Below, piece after piece: positions 22,201-31,120 of a stretch of DNA of 64,000 nucleotides. The first letter of the stretch is position 1, and the number at the start of each line of letters is the position of its first letter. The translations under genes were made by a program, and so were the position numbers. The notes beneath the pieces are model-generated. The model saw only the letters and a list, made by a program, of their open reading frames with translations, was not told the DNA's origin and made no database searches. The DNA comes from an uncultured Candidatus Saccharibacteria bacterium (GTDB lineage Bacteria; Patescibacteriota; WWE3; 2-01-FULL-39-13), in the NCBI GenBank assembly GCA_964370865.1, contig CAYJKF010000003.1, positions 7,735 to 71,734 of the forward strand, read 5' to 3'.

Positions 22201-23166
22201 ACCTTCAACAATTACTGCTTTATTTGAAGTGATTCCTAATACTTTTAATTGATACTTATCGTAGTCAAAGGGGAAGAATATTTCAGTACTTCCGTCTTCC
22301 GAAACATGCTGTTCAATTGTCATATCCTCATCTGAAACCCAACTTCCAAGAGACGTTTTAATTAAATCCGTGTCATCAATAGCTGCGATTGCTTTAAGGT
22401 CCTCCGCCAAGAAATAATTTGTCTTGTTGGTAATGCAAACAATACTAAATTCGAAAGAAGGAATAAGGGTAATTGACTTTGCATCGGCTCTATCAAGCTG
22501 CGTTCTTATTATTGCCCACAGTTCCTCAATGAACTCATCTTCAAGAGGCAAAATTGTTCTTCCTTCTGATTCTGCAGCCGCTATAAACGTAAATATCTCA
22601 TCATAGTATTGCTGCGGTAAGTAGTTCTTCAGTGGACCACATAGTATTTCAATATAATTGTCGGGCAGTTCAAGAATGACATTAACGCCAACCGCGGTGT
22701 ATTTGAGATTAATCGCAGCTACCGGTAACTGTATAAGGGGTGCTTCATATTTTTCGTATTCTTCGCTGTAATCGGCCTCTAAAATTCGTCGGGATTCAAA
22801 GGACACAAAACCGGTTTGAAGAACAACTCTTTTAGTGTACTCATCTGTTTTTATCTTAGTATCAATCTCTTGGATTTGATTTAAGAGTTCTCGGTCACGT
22901 GCAATACGAGCCTCTGCTTTACGCTGTTCCTCACTTTTGTCATCTTCCGGGGTATTGGGGTCAAAGTGACTATCTAATGATATTACTAGAGAAAGAGTGA
23001 TGCTAGCCATATCATTCTCAAAGATCAGTTCGGAAATTGGTAGCAAGTTAACATCTATTTTATCGGTTTTAACTGGCCTACTCCTCGGACCACTGCTTGA
23101 AATCAAACCCACATAGTCGAGTCCATAATTAGCTAATTGGCGAATTGATATTGGTATTTTTGACAT
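19297..23166 (-). CDS. SF1 (Upf1/DNA2-like) helicase + Vsr/DUF559-like nuclease + C-terminal WYL-like domain
   Basis: GPPGTGKS, DEASQ, HYRS, QGDERD, VAFSRA; DSGFE..RID..AIECDG..H..RQ..LE..GW; C-terminal IRY...AYD...TFRRDRV. Confidence 0.85.
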   Translation of the reverse strand: MSKIPISIRQLANYGLDYVGLISSSGPRSRPVKTDKIDVNLLPISELIFENDMASITLSLVISLDSHFDPNTPEDDKSEEQRKAEARIARDRELLNQIQEIDTKIKTDEYTKRVVLQTGFVSFESRRILEADYSEEYEKYEAPLIQLPVAAINLKYTAVGVNVILELPDNYIEILCGPLKNYLPQQYYDEIFTFIAAAESEGRTILPLEDEFIEELWAIIRTQLDRADAKSITLIPSFEFSIVCITNKTNYFLAEDLKAIAAIDDTDLIKTSLGSWVSDEDMTIEQHVSEDGSTEIFFPFDYDKYQLKVLGITSNKAVIVEGPPGTGKSQTIANLLVHFAATGKRVLFASQKDQAIRGVKDKLKGLDIPFLFGYIPDKTSKMYNESDEKDSAAITLQALNREFQKSKVGDLKEPLALLADRSNIFDKNIENERYIYTLYVERRKLDYLEPLYTYGISREWYDQVLEQEKFIAKMVSKIKDTENVHGKLINALDTKFKSLEINYQSTIDSITDIQTYFKSKMPERSSWFGIRVNNTKLHNALKKYCRTILQEIYIELERILFSDNTKSARLQLLDSLVEYFNYTSQIKAIARSRALVQDLLQSKNIPATAFTNIKKIIIENGGEEQVFSDLTRYTKISEQINEVSLYSANELNREIKDIRKFYRTNTTNYVRNRILTRIGEANNDKSLKATLAQVARSLTKSKKANKTFDRLKHNEDNFKAMTKVLPIWMMSLDDVSRIVPLEMNAFDYVIIDEASQCNFAYAFPSMFRAKHTIFFGDTLQMRDDNIMFKSNDQLKAIAKKHKIPDVYQIKAEEDTVKSVMDIAHLNGFKTKTLKYHYRSPKELIGFSNQSFYEPIGRNLEAINDNIVPYKNTGRILLTHLVAPNELEETSDKTNIAEVRKIQQILEEIKIDAALKDKTIAILTFFNEQAELIRKTISDENIKVSIIDGIQGDERDIVIYSFVIKDPSDKRRYIALTGEGGEIRKDIAAGRVNVAFSRARLQVHTVTSIATELWPDGIWIKKYLEYIDKFGIVSRRHIKSAQQFDSGFEENIYSFLAKELDPNDYTIETQTESLGFRIDITVSHNGKKLAIECDGPTHFEGGDGQVYIQSDWERQGVLEAAGWNFYRISYFDWISDQPGEEKALIDYIKEYFDYESMISKTDVVKELEKETIAPEDAPKEMYITNFSDEEVDNVHDVNGTSTTKVQKPNSSVNKGFSVGAREVNQDAFGEYLGDRVSKNINIRYQSTKAGSAKYWRLLSLIEFNDTYFSAYDSFSGTNKTFRRDRVVEFK

Positions 23167-23238
23167 ACTATATAGAAGCAATTAACTCCTAGCCGTATTA
23201 TACAGCGAAAATTATTGCTTGTAGTGTATATTTAAAGT

Positions 23239-23874
23239 ATGTTTAGTCTTTCTACTACCAATACCGAGATAAAAGGAGAAATTGGCTATTTCAAACTTCA
23301 GAATTGGTGGCTGTCGAGCTTTACTCAAAAAGAACGAGACCGTATTGAAGAGATTTTTCACCCGATGGGTTCAAATTCAAACGACAAATCTCTTACAGAA
23401 TATACGATTCGTTGGACTTCTCAGACTGCAACTGGATTTCTTCAATCACTTGCGAGTTGGTTTAATAATCCGCAAGACAGAGAAATTGCGAAAAAGATAA
23501 TCGCGAAAGCCGAGGAATTAGCTCCCCTAAGCGGAGATATTCTCGACCAACATTTTACACTACAACAAAAGATGCAGATTTACTACCCTGAACGAGAAAC
23601 AAATCCATTGGCACTAGAAAAATCTATATCAGCTTGCAAAGAACAAATTGCTTTGGCTTCAAAAGCTTCAAAAGCCTTTCTGAAAGAATATCCCAATCAA
23701 CCCTTGCCAGTTCATGCAGGTTACTCTAAGCTCAGAATTATCCTTGAGAAGCAAAAGAAATATGATGAGGCAATAGAGCTTTGTTTAGAAGCAAAAGTTC
23801 AAGGTTGGAATGGTGACTGGGATAAACAGATAGAAACTCTCAAAAAGAAAAAAGAAAAACTTTCACACAGTTAG
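23239..23874 (+). CDS. Hypothetical helical/TPR-like protein
   Basis: LRIILEKQKKYDEAIELCLEAKVQGW TPR-like end. Confidence 0.65.
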   Translation: MFSLSTTNTEIKGEIGYFKLQNWWLSSFTQKERDRIEEIFHPMGSNSNDKSLTEYTIRWTSQTATGFLQSLASWFNNPQDREIAKKIIAKAEELAPLSGDILDQHFTLQQKMQIYYPERETNPLALEKSISACKEQIALASKASKAFLKEYPNQPLPVHAGYSKLRIILEKQKKYDEAIELCLEAKVQGWNGDWDKQIETLKKKKEKLSHS

Positions 23875-23899
23875 AATTATCACTACTCCACCATTAATC

Positions 23900-24316
23900 C
23901 TAGTACTTGAACTGATTTTTCGCATCTTCCCTTTTTGTACCGAATTCTTCCTCCATCATTTTCAGAAATTTATTATATACATTGTCAGCCTGCAAGTTGC
24001 CTTCTTCTGTAATAAAAACATGTAAGTCTTCATTACTAGCAATTACTTGTGTCTGCCTTGGAAGCCCATCTACATACGCCCACACCAACTTAGTGGCTGA
24101 AATATCACCATTCAAAGCCCTATCTACAATCTTTTTCACTAGCTTCTCTTTACGACTTAAACCTGTCTCACTATCAAGCTCATCCAAATACTCGCGGACA
24201 CAATCAGCAATTGTCTGACCTTTCAATGGCCTGCCTTTAGGATTACCTGAGACACCTTTTGTAAACGGCCTACCAATCACTCTGCTGTTATTCTCCTGTT
24301 TATCAGCAATTTCCAT
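23900..24316 (-). CDS. DUF5681-type, terminase small subunit-like protein
   Basis: GRPFTKGVSGNPKGRP; ALNGDISATK..W.YVDG.P. Confidence 0.65.
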   Translation of the reverse strand: MEIADKQENNSRVIGRPFTKGVSGNPKGRPLKGQTIADCVREYLDELDSETGLSRKEKLVKKIVDRALNGDISATKLVWAYVDGLPRQTQVIASNEDLHVFITEEGNLQADNVYNKFLKMMEEEFGTKREDAKNQFKY

Positions 24317-24436
24317 TAGCTTAATTATATACCAAGAAATGTCTATCAAAGACTGTGAGTTGTTGGACTAATCTAATTTAGTCTATTTCATTTGTGCAAT
24401 AATAAAAATATTCAGTATTTCAACTATAATCTAGGA

Positions 24437-27079
24437 ATGGAAGCGGATAAATTATTATTCTTAGCAAAATTGCGTAAAATTGCCGAACAAAGAGGTGGGC
24501 TATGTCTCTCAAATAGCTATTATAGTGCAAAAACATCCATGTTATGGCAATGTAGAACTGGACATCAATGGTATGCAATTCCAGATTCAATTCGAAGAGG
24601 ATCATGGTGTCCTTACTGTTCCGGTAAACATCAGAGTATAAAAGATATGGAAGAGATTGCCGCCAAAAGAAATGGTAAATGTTTATCCTCTCATTTCGAT
24701 AAGGCGAAGACAAAACTATTATGGGAGTGTAACAAAGGGCATCAGTGGTATGCAACTCCAGATAAAGTTAAAAGGGGATCATGGTGTCCTCAATGCATTG
24801 GTAGAGGTAAGACGATTAATGATATGAAACAAGTAGCTGAATTGAATGGAGGAGTATGTCTATCCACAGAACTCATCAATTTGAATACTAAGCTGTTATG
24901 GAAATGCAAACACGGACATATATGGGAGGCAAGTGGCACTTCTGTATATACCAATGGTAATTGGTGTGCTAAATGTGGTTATAAAAAAGTAGCTAAGCAG
25001 AAAATAAAGCATACCCTATCAGAAGCTAAACAAATAGCTACAGAAAGGGGGGGTTATTGCGTAAGTAAAAAGTATATTTCATTTAACGCAAAATTATCTT
25101 GGAAGTGTCAAAATGGACATCTCTGGAAAGCTTCCTTTGGTAATATTCTTAAAGGAAGTTGGTGCCCAATATGTTCTTCTCATCGAGGTGAGAAAATATC
25201 TCGATTAATTTTAGAAAAATTATTTGGGCGAGAATTTCCCAAATCATATCCTAAGTGGTTAACAAGTAAGTCTCATACCCAACTAGAACTAGATGGATAC
25301 AACGACCAACTCAAAATTGGACTAGAATATCAGGGACAGTTGCATTTCAATAACATTGACCACTTTTATAATACTGATGAAGAGTTTCAGAACCGCCAAG
25401 AAACTGATAGACTTAAACGCAAATTGTGTCGAAAACACAACGTAAAATTATTGGAAATTCCATATACAATCGACTACGACAAAATTGAAAGCTACATTCG
25501 TATATGGTTAGTTGAAAATAAAATTCCACAAGATACAATTAATCCCCACAAAATAGATATTACTCCCTATGAAATATATTCAGCTACAGAAATGGATCAA
25601 CTAAAAGAAACTATAAGAAATCGTGGAGGCAATATAAATATTCAACAATATACCGGATCAGTAGGACGTATAGAAGTAATATGCAAAAATAACCACCGTT
25701 GGGAAACTACACCTACAAGTATAAAGTCTGGTAGGTGGTGCCCATACTGTTTAGGGAGATATAAAAGTATAGACGATATGCAAACCTTAGCATTACGAAA
25801 TGAAGGTTTATGTTTATCTGAAAAATATATAAACGGAATTACCCCACTTAAGTGGAAGTGCAAGGCCGGACACATATGGTATGCAAAGCCAAGTAACATT
25901 ATATTTGGAAAATGGTGTCCAAGATGCGTTGGGCAAAATAAAACAATACTTGATATGGTTACTCTAGCAAAAAAATTTGGAGGCAAGTGTCTTTCTCCAA
26001 TTTATATAAATGTAAAAACTCCACTTCAATGGGAATGCAGTAATGGTCATGTATGGGAGGATACACCCGATGCAATAATCCAAGGAAAACGTTGCCCATA
26101 TTGTAATCGGCAGTATTATACTATCGTCGAGGCTAAAAAGCTTGCAACAACTAAAAAGGGGGAGTGTTTATCTACTACAGATTATAAAGGGAAAACTAAT
26201 CTTCTTTGGAAATGCAATAAAGATCATAGTTGGAATGCCTCTCCGTTTGTTATCGAATCAGGAAAATGGTGTCCAGTATGTGCGAAAGAGAAGCGAATTA
26301 CTATTAATAAGGCAAGGAAGTTAGCAGAAAGTAGAGGTGGGGCATGTATTTCAGATCTCTATGTAAACTCGTTGACTCCATTATTATGGAAGTGTGCAAC
26401 AGGCCACGAATGGAAGAGCACATATCAGAACATTCGAAAGGGGAATTGGTGTCCGTATTGTTCAAAAAATAGAAAGATCACGAAGGATGTTATAGATGAT
26501 TTTATCAAACCTAGAGGTGGCATATGCCTGTCGAATGGCCCATTCAAATCTAAGATGGATCTTCAATGGATGTGTAAATATGGCCACAAATGGTCTACAC
26601 AGTATACTAATATACAACGAGGGCATTGGTGTCCTATATGTGCAAAGCAAACATCAATCCAAATTTCTGATATTAAGAAATTTGCTAATAGAAAGCATGG
26701 AGATTGCTTATCTACGTCTTATAAAAACAACTCTCAATTATTGACTTGGTCTTGTGAACAAGGACACGTTTGGAAAGCAAGTTATTCAAATGTTAGTCAA
26801 GGTACATGGTGTCCATATTGCCGAGGGAAATATAAAACAATTAAAGATATGCAAGAACTCGCAAAGCCTAAAGGTGGTAAATGTTTATCGAGTGTATATA
26901 TAAGCGCAAAAACCAAACTAACATGGGAATGTAAATATGGGCATATTTGGGAAGCTACACCTGATAGTATCATAAGTAAACATACATGGTGTCCAATCTG
27001 CAAGAGTCAACGCTTTAAACTTACACCTGAGATAGATAAGATTAGTTTGGAAGCAACTAATGATACACTTGCATCATAA
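24437..27079 (+). CDS. Endonuclease with 12 zinc-ribbon repeats (4 + nuclease + 8)
   Basis: 12 x [GxCLS...WxCxxGHxW...GxWCPxC]; central GE...LELDGY...GLEYQGQLH PD-(D/E)xK/Vsr-like domain. Confidence 0.8.
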   Translation: MEADKLLFLAKLRKIAEQRGGLCLSNSYYSAKTSMLWQCRTGHQWYAIPDSIRRGSWCPYCSGKHQSIKDMEEIAAKRNGKCLSSHFDKAKTKLLWECNKGHQWYATPDKVKRGSWCPQCIGRGKTINDMKQVAELNGGVCLSTELINLNTKLLWKCKHGHIWEASGTSVYTNGNWCAKCGYKKVAKQKIKHTLSEAKQIATERGGYCVSKKYISFNAKLSWKCQNGHLWKASFGNILKGSWCPICSSHRGEKISRLILEKLFGREFPKSYPKWLTSKSHTQLELDGYNDQLKIGLEYQGQLHFNNIDHFYNTDEEFQNRQETDRLKRKLCRKHNVKLLEIPYTIDYDKIESYIRIWLVENKIPQDTINPHKIDITPYEIYSATEMDQLKETIRNRGGNINIQQYTGSVGRIEVICKNNHRWETTPTSIKSGRWCPYCLGRYKSIDDMQTLALRNEGLCLSEKYINGITPLKWKCKAGHIWYAKPSNIIFGKWCPRCVGQNKTILDMVTLAKKFGGKCLSPIYINVKTPLQWECSNGHVWEDTPDAIIQGKRCPYCNRQYYTIVEAKKLATTKKGECLSTTDYKGKTNLLWKCNKDHSWNASPFVIESGKWCPVCAKEKRITINKARKLAESRGGACISDLYVNSLTPLLWKCATGHEWKSTYQNIRKGNWCPYCSKNRKITKDVIDDFIKPRGGICLSNGPFKSKMDLQWMCKYGHKWSTQYTNIQRGHWCPICAKQTSIQISDIKKFANRKHGDCLSTSYKNNSQLLTWSCEQGHVWKASYSNVSQGTWCPYCRGKYKTIKDMQELAKPKGGKCLSSVYISAKTKLTWECKYGHIWEATPDSIISKHTWCPICKSQRFKLTPEIDKISLEATNDTLAS

Positions 27080-27097
27080 TATCATCGATTAATTAGC

Positions 27098-27733
27098 ATG
27101 TATTATTCTAATAAATTTATCAAAGAATATTTGCATAATGATATTCAAAAATCTATTGAAAACGATGTTAAAACGGCGATTAAAGGTTACTCAGAACTCT
27201 GGATTAAGGAAACACGCGAAGCTGGTTTTTTCGCAATACCAAGGTTACTCTTCCCAGAAATAGACGGACTAGGATCGTATATTACAGGAAACTCAAATAC
27301 TACTACGATAAATATAAAAAGTTATTTGAGTATGGTAATGTCGCAAATTGATGATAACTACAAGAAATACGCTGGTTTTATAACAATTATCTTCAGACAC
27401 GGATTGCTACATCAACATGCTCCAAAAAAATTTCGTTACAACGGGAAGACAATTGGTTGGGCAATTCAAGTTGGCTCACCTAATTTACCAATATCTGCTC
27501 TCCGAAAATCCCACCTAATTTTTAGTGGTTCTCATCTATGGATACATGCAAATGTTTTTTGTGATGATTTAATCAAATCAATTGACCTGTTCGAACCATT
27601 AGTTATCCAGAAATATAGGGAACATTTTATAAAATCTTACCGCGAGCAAAATCGCAAACTCTCCATACATGACTCAATAAGACCGAATGTGATAGAACGG
27701 GATGATTTTAATTTTCTCAAAGACTTAAAATAA
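27098..27733 (+). CDS. Putative HEPN-like protein
   Basis: RHGLLH fits the Rx4H motif; helical N-terminal half. Confidence 0.5.
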   Translation: MYYSNKFIKEYLHNDIQKSIENDVKTAIKGYSELWIKETREAGFFAIPRLLFPEIDGLGSYITGNSNTTTINIKSYLSMVMSQIDDNYKKYAGFITIIFRHGLLHQHAPKKFRYNGKTIGWAIQVGSPNLPISALRKSHLIFSGSHLWIHANVFCDDLIKSIDLFEPLVIQKYREHFIKSYREQNRKLSIHDSIRPNVIERDDFNFLKDLK

Positions 27734-27794
27734 TCCCGTTCAGTAAATGCATATAAATTGTATTTACACGGACGACAAACAATAAAATCCCAAA

Positions 27795-28034
27795 TTAGAA
27801 ACACTCAGAATATAGGCTTTCAGATGAAAGTGAGCCACTTGAAATCGCAAACTGTTCAACACAACTAAAAAATGAATCGTAATTCGCTTCTGATTCTATA
27901 TATTCGCCATACCACTCTTTAGCAGTTTGACCTTCGTATTTTCCGTTAGAACCTATACCCCAAAAAATAGAAATAATTACAATTGTGCAAATAACTCCGC
28001 CTATAAAACCACCTGAAGAATTTTCGTCTATCAT
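27795..28034 (-). CDS. Small membrane-anchored protein
   Basis: One TM; KYEGQTAKEW. Confidence 0.55.
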   Translation of the reverse strand: MIDENSSGGFIGGVICTIVIISIFWGIGSNGKYEGQTAKEWYGEYIESEANYDSFFSCVEQFAISSGSLSSESLYSECF

Positions 28035-28039
28035 TTGTG

Positions 28040-28762
28040 TTAATAGCTAAAACTAATGTCTACTCCATTTTTTTTGTACTTTATAATTGTCGGCAAAACT
28101 TCCTCTTCACCAAACACATTTTTAAAAAAGTCTAATCCTTCTCTACGATCTACGATGAAACCTAGATTCCGAAAATCATCGTCATCAATGTTTCTTGCGA
28201 AATGAGGAAATTCACATAATGTGATGAACTTATTTTTCTCATTAGAATTATCCTCATCTCGGTATTCGAGACATGGTAATAGCATCCACTCATAGATTCC
28301 CTGGGGACTTTTCACAAGCTTTTCATAGATGCTAAATAAAATATGATTTTCAAGACCGTCGTCATCACCTGCAACTGTTGCAGAATAAAGTAGATTAGTC
28401 GTTTGATCCCGAAATATGATACCGCATCCTTGATACGAATTAATAAAGTAAGCGTTTTCAGAAGACAAATATGTCAAGTTTACTCTAGATCTTAGTCTAA
28501 ACTTTCTGAAATCAGAATTAGAACTCTTCAATTTATCTTTATCAGTTTTTGTCCAATCTTTAAACTCTTTACCTTCAGTTGCACTAGCAATACCGCAGAG
28601 TTCGCCAAATTTATCAAATTTAAGAACTGATTGCACAGCATCGATAGACATACTGTATGAGTATCCACTATTCCTTTCCTTTTCGAGATTTTTGATTCTT
28701 CTATCAATCTGGTAATAAAAATAACCTGCAATTACTATTACAATTACGGTTGTAAGCCACAT
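28040..28762 (-). CDS. Membrane-anchored hypothetical protein
   Basis: N-terminal TM, 240-aa ORF. Confidence 0.6.
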   Translation of the reverse strand: MWLTTVIVIVIAGYFYYQIDRRIKNLEKERNSGYSYSMSIDAVQSVLKFDKFGELCGIASATEGKEFKDWTKTDKDKLKSSNSDFRKFRLRSRVNLTYLSSENAYFINSYQGCGIIFRDQTTNLLYSATVAGDDDGLENHILFSIYEKLVKSPQGIYEWMLLPCLEYRDEDNSNEKNKFITLCEFPHFARNIDDDDFRNLGFIVDRREGLDFFKNVFGEEEVLPTIIKYKKNGVDISFSY

Positions 28763-28811
28763 ATTAATTATTACTCTCTTCGCTCAGTAATAGTTTACTG
28801 AGAATTGAGAA

Positions 28812-29129
28812 TTAACTACGTAGTATATCTTGTAAATCCTTCTCCAAAGATTTCCTTTGTTCTTCAGTTAATTTTTCCATATTTTCTTCGGCAATCTTCG
28901 TAATATCCTCATTTGTAATTTGCATTTTCCTTTGAATAGCAATCAATTTGGTCTCATTCCATACTTCAAAAACACGAACAAGCTTGCGAAGGTAATCTAC
29001 TTTCATGTCTAGCCCAATCAAAAGTGCCATGAATGCATACACTAAAAACAATCTCAAATCAATTAAAATTAGAATTGTTGCTAGAATTAACTCAAATAAA
29101 TAGGTGACGATCTTACTTGTTTTAGACAT
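28812..29129 (-). CDS. Small 2-TM protein
   Basis: ATG 29129 with GGAGG upstream, overlapping the end of xis. Confidence 0.6.
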   Translation of the reverse strand: MSKTSKIVTYLFELILATILILIDLRLFLVYAFMALLIGLDMKVDYLRKLVRVFEVWNETKLIAIQRKMQITNEDITKIAEENMEKLTEEQRKSLEKDLQDILRS

Positions 29130-29343
29130 TAGTTTTAACCTCCGTAGAATTGACCTGTTTTTTTTCTGAAGCCAGAAACTTCTCAATATCTTCCTTTCTA
29201 TAACGCCGATCTCCTCGTTGACCAAATCTAACCGCTTTTAGAATCCCATTTTTATCCCATTTTCTCAAGGTATTTTGGTGGACTTTCAAACTCTGTGCTA
29301 CTTCCGATATTGTCATGAGGTCTGAAATTAGTTGTTTTTCCAT
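29122..29343 (-). CDS. Excisionase/MerR-like HTH protein
   Basis: LMTISEVAQSLKVHQNTLRKWD..G.LKAVR....RRY. Confidence 0.85.
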   Translation of the reverse strand: MEKQLISDLMTISEVAQSLKVHQNTLRKWDKNGILKAVRFGQRGDRRYRKEDIEKFLASEKKQVNSTEVKTNV

Positions 29344-29435
29344 AGACTAACTTTACTTAACTATACTCTACTTTATTATACACATATTTGGTAAAATATC
29401 AGGCAAATACTAAGATATTTTTGAACAAAATTAAA

Positions 29436-30329
29436 ATGAATATTGATTTAGAATGCATTGGATTGTTAAGTTTGATTCTACAAGACAGTCCAAATGACCG
29501 ACAATTTATCCTTGCAATATTGGCTAGGTCGAATACAGACCCATCAAAAATTTTCTTCGATCCAACTACAGAATATCCAGTATTTTATCGATATGCAAAT
29601 AACAAGATCCCTTTTTATCTAATGGGGAAAGGAGTATTAACTAACATACCTCGTAAAGGATTTTCAAAAAGAATTTTTTCCTCCTACTACCTGTCATTTG
29701 CTGAATCCATTATTAATAGCTCTAAAGACCAGGACGTATCTAAAAAGTTGTTAAGTGTTTCTAACTTCATTACTTTGGAAAATAGTACTGGATATAGAGA
29801 TGCCGAGGCTTTTTTGATATTCAGAGATAAGGCATTAGTTTTTATTCGAAATTATGCTACCACACATAAGGAGGAAATAAATTCCTTCCTGGGCACTGAA
29901 CTTAGCAAAGATATATATAAATCAAATGAAACCAATAAGTCGGAAGCCCAGAACAAACCAAGACCTTCAGAAAATCAACTAGTTTGGAGCGATTTAGTCC
30001 TCAACCTTGACCGATGTGTACTGAGATATAAGGACAATTCTCCCACCGAGATTTCTATTGACACAAAAATAGCAAAGTTTCTTATGATACTAATGAATAA
30101 CCAGGATAAAGTCATTCAGTACAAAGATATCGCAAAGGAATTGCAATTGAATTGTTGGAATAATGAAGTGGATAATAAAAATGTTGCTCGCGATGTTCAA
30201 TCTACAAAGAGAGATTTGTTGCGTTTTCTTGAGGATAAAGTAGGAATGACCAAAAAGATTACATCAAATATGATAATAGTCAAAAAGAATGTGGGATTCA
30301 AATTAAGTCACTCGAGCTCTTCACACTAA
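29436..30329 (+). CDS. Protein with C-terminal OmpR-type winged helix
   Basis: DLVLN..., FLMILMNNQDKVIQYKDI, IIVKKNVGFKL. Confidence 0.6.
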   Translation: MNIDLECIGLLSLILQDSPNDRQFILAILARSNTDPSKIFFDPTTEYPVFYRYANNKIPFYLMGKGVLTNIPRKGFSKRIFSSYYLSFAESIINSSKDQDVSKKLLSVSNFITLENSTGYRDAEAFLIFRDKALVFIRNYATTHKEEINSFLGTELSKDIYKSNETNKSEAQNKPRPSENQLVWSDLVLNLDRCVLRYKDNSPTEISIDTKIAKFLMILMNNQDKVIQYKDIAKELQLNCWNNEVDNKNVARDVQSTKRDLLRFLEDKVGMTKKITSNMIIVKKNVGFKLSHSSSSH

Positions 30330-30428
30330 AAAATCACAATAAAATCATAAAAATTACCACAGAAAAATCGTCGAGTATTCTTCACTATTGCGTCAATATT
30401 GAGTCAGTTCAAATTGTTAAATATTACA

Positions 30429-30689
30429 ATGACTCTAGATACAAAAGATTATTACTTCACTTCAGATCTTGCATTGGCAGCTGCTATATCGCTGTACTTC
30501 CCTCTTGAAGTAATTGACAGAACAAATCCCAACAAAGCTCAATTTCTTTTTAAAAGAGATGAAAGTCTCGATCAGCTTATTGAAGCTTTCTGGAGAAATG
30601 AAATGAAAGTTGATCCGCAAATATATTTCAATCAGCTAAAAGTCACTAAATCGAGGTTATACGAGAAAGAGAAAGATGTTATCAGATGA
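30429..30689 (+). CDS. DUF5659-like protein
   Basis: FTSDLALAAA...FLF...FW...VDP..YF..LK..K.RLY. Confidence 0.65.
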   Translation: MTLDTKDYYFTSDLALAAAISLYFPLEVIDRTNPNKAQFLFKRDESLDQLIEAFWRNEMKVDPQIYFNQLKVTKSRLYEKEKDVIR

Positions 30690-30951
30690 GCAAGTTAAAA
30701 AATTTCAGAGGCTCTATATGTTCGTTACGGATAGAATCGATTTGGCAACATCATTAATTGCACTCGGGCATTATTTGCACGAATGTTTAATTCAAGATTT
30801 TAAAATAATATTTGTATTCAAAGACACAGAGGACTGTATAAAGATAAAGAAAGACTGGAATAATTGCACTTTATATCCAAACATTAAATTATATCTCCTT
30901 GCTCAAAAACAAATTAATAAAATCATTTATGATGGAGGGCTTTATGCTTAG
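30676..30951 (+). CDS. Second DUF5659-like protein
   Basis: TDRIDLATSLIALG...FVF...W...K..IY pattern similar to upstream gene. Confidence 0.55.
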   Translation: MLSDEQVKKFQRLYMFVTDRIDLATSLIALGHYLHECLIQDFKIIFVFKDTEDCIKIKKDWNNCTLYPNIKLYLLAQKQINKIIYDGGLYA

Positions 30952-31120
30952 TGAAGTAGCCATCCTTGAATTCAAACGCCTCTATGAGTCAGATACGGGC
31001 ATCATAATCACTTATGAAGAGGCATTATCCAAAGCAACCGAGTTCGTTTCATTCATAAAAATTTTCATTAAGAGCAATAAGTCGATTAATAATACACAAC
31101 CAAATGATGATGAAAACTAG
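30944..31120 (+). CDS. Small element-associated protein
   Basis: MLSEVAILEFKRLYESDTGIIITYEEA; GGAGG upstream; overlaps both neighbours. Confidence 0.6.
   Translation: MLSEVAILEFKRLYESDTGIIITYEEALSKATEFVSFIKIFIKSNKSINNTQPNDDEN

Noticed and set aside
23287-23320. TGGCTG inside the 23239 gene as an att site
   Set aside because: Intragenic (Trp-Leu codons) with no further match to the tRNA end
24437-27079. Repeats as a CRISPR array or DGR
   Set aside because: Repeats are degenerate in-frame protein repeats; no cas or reverse transcriptase in the window
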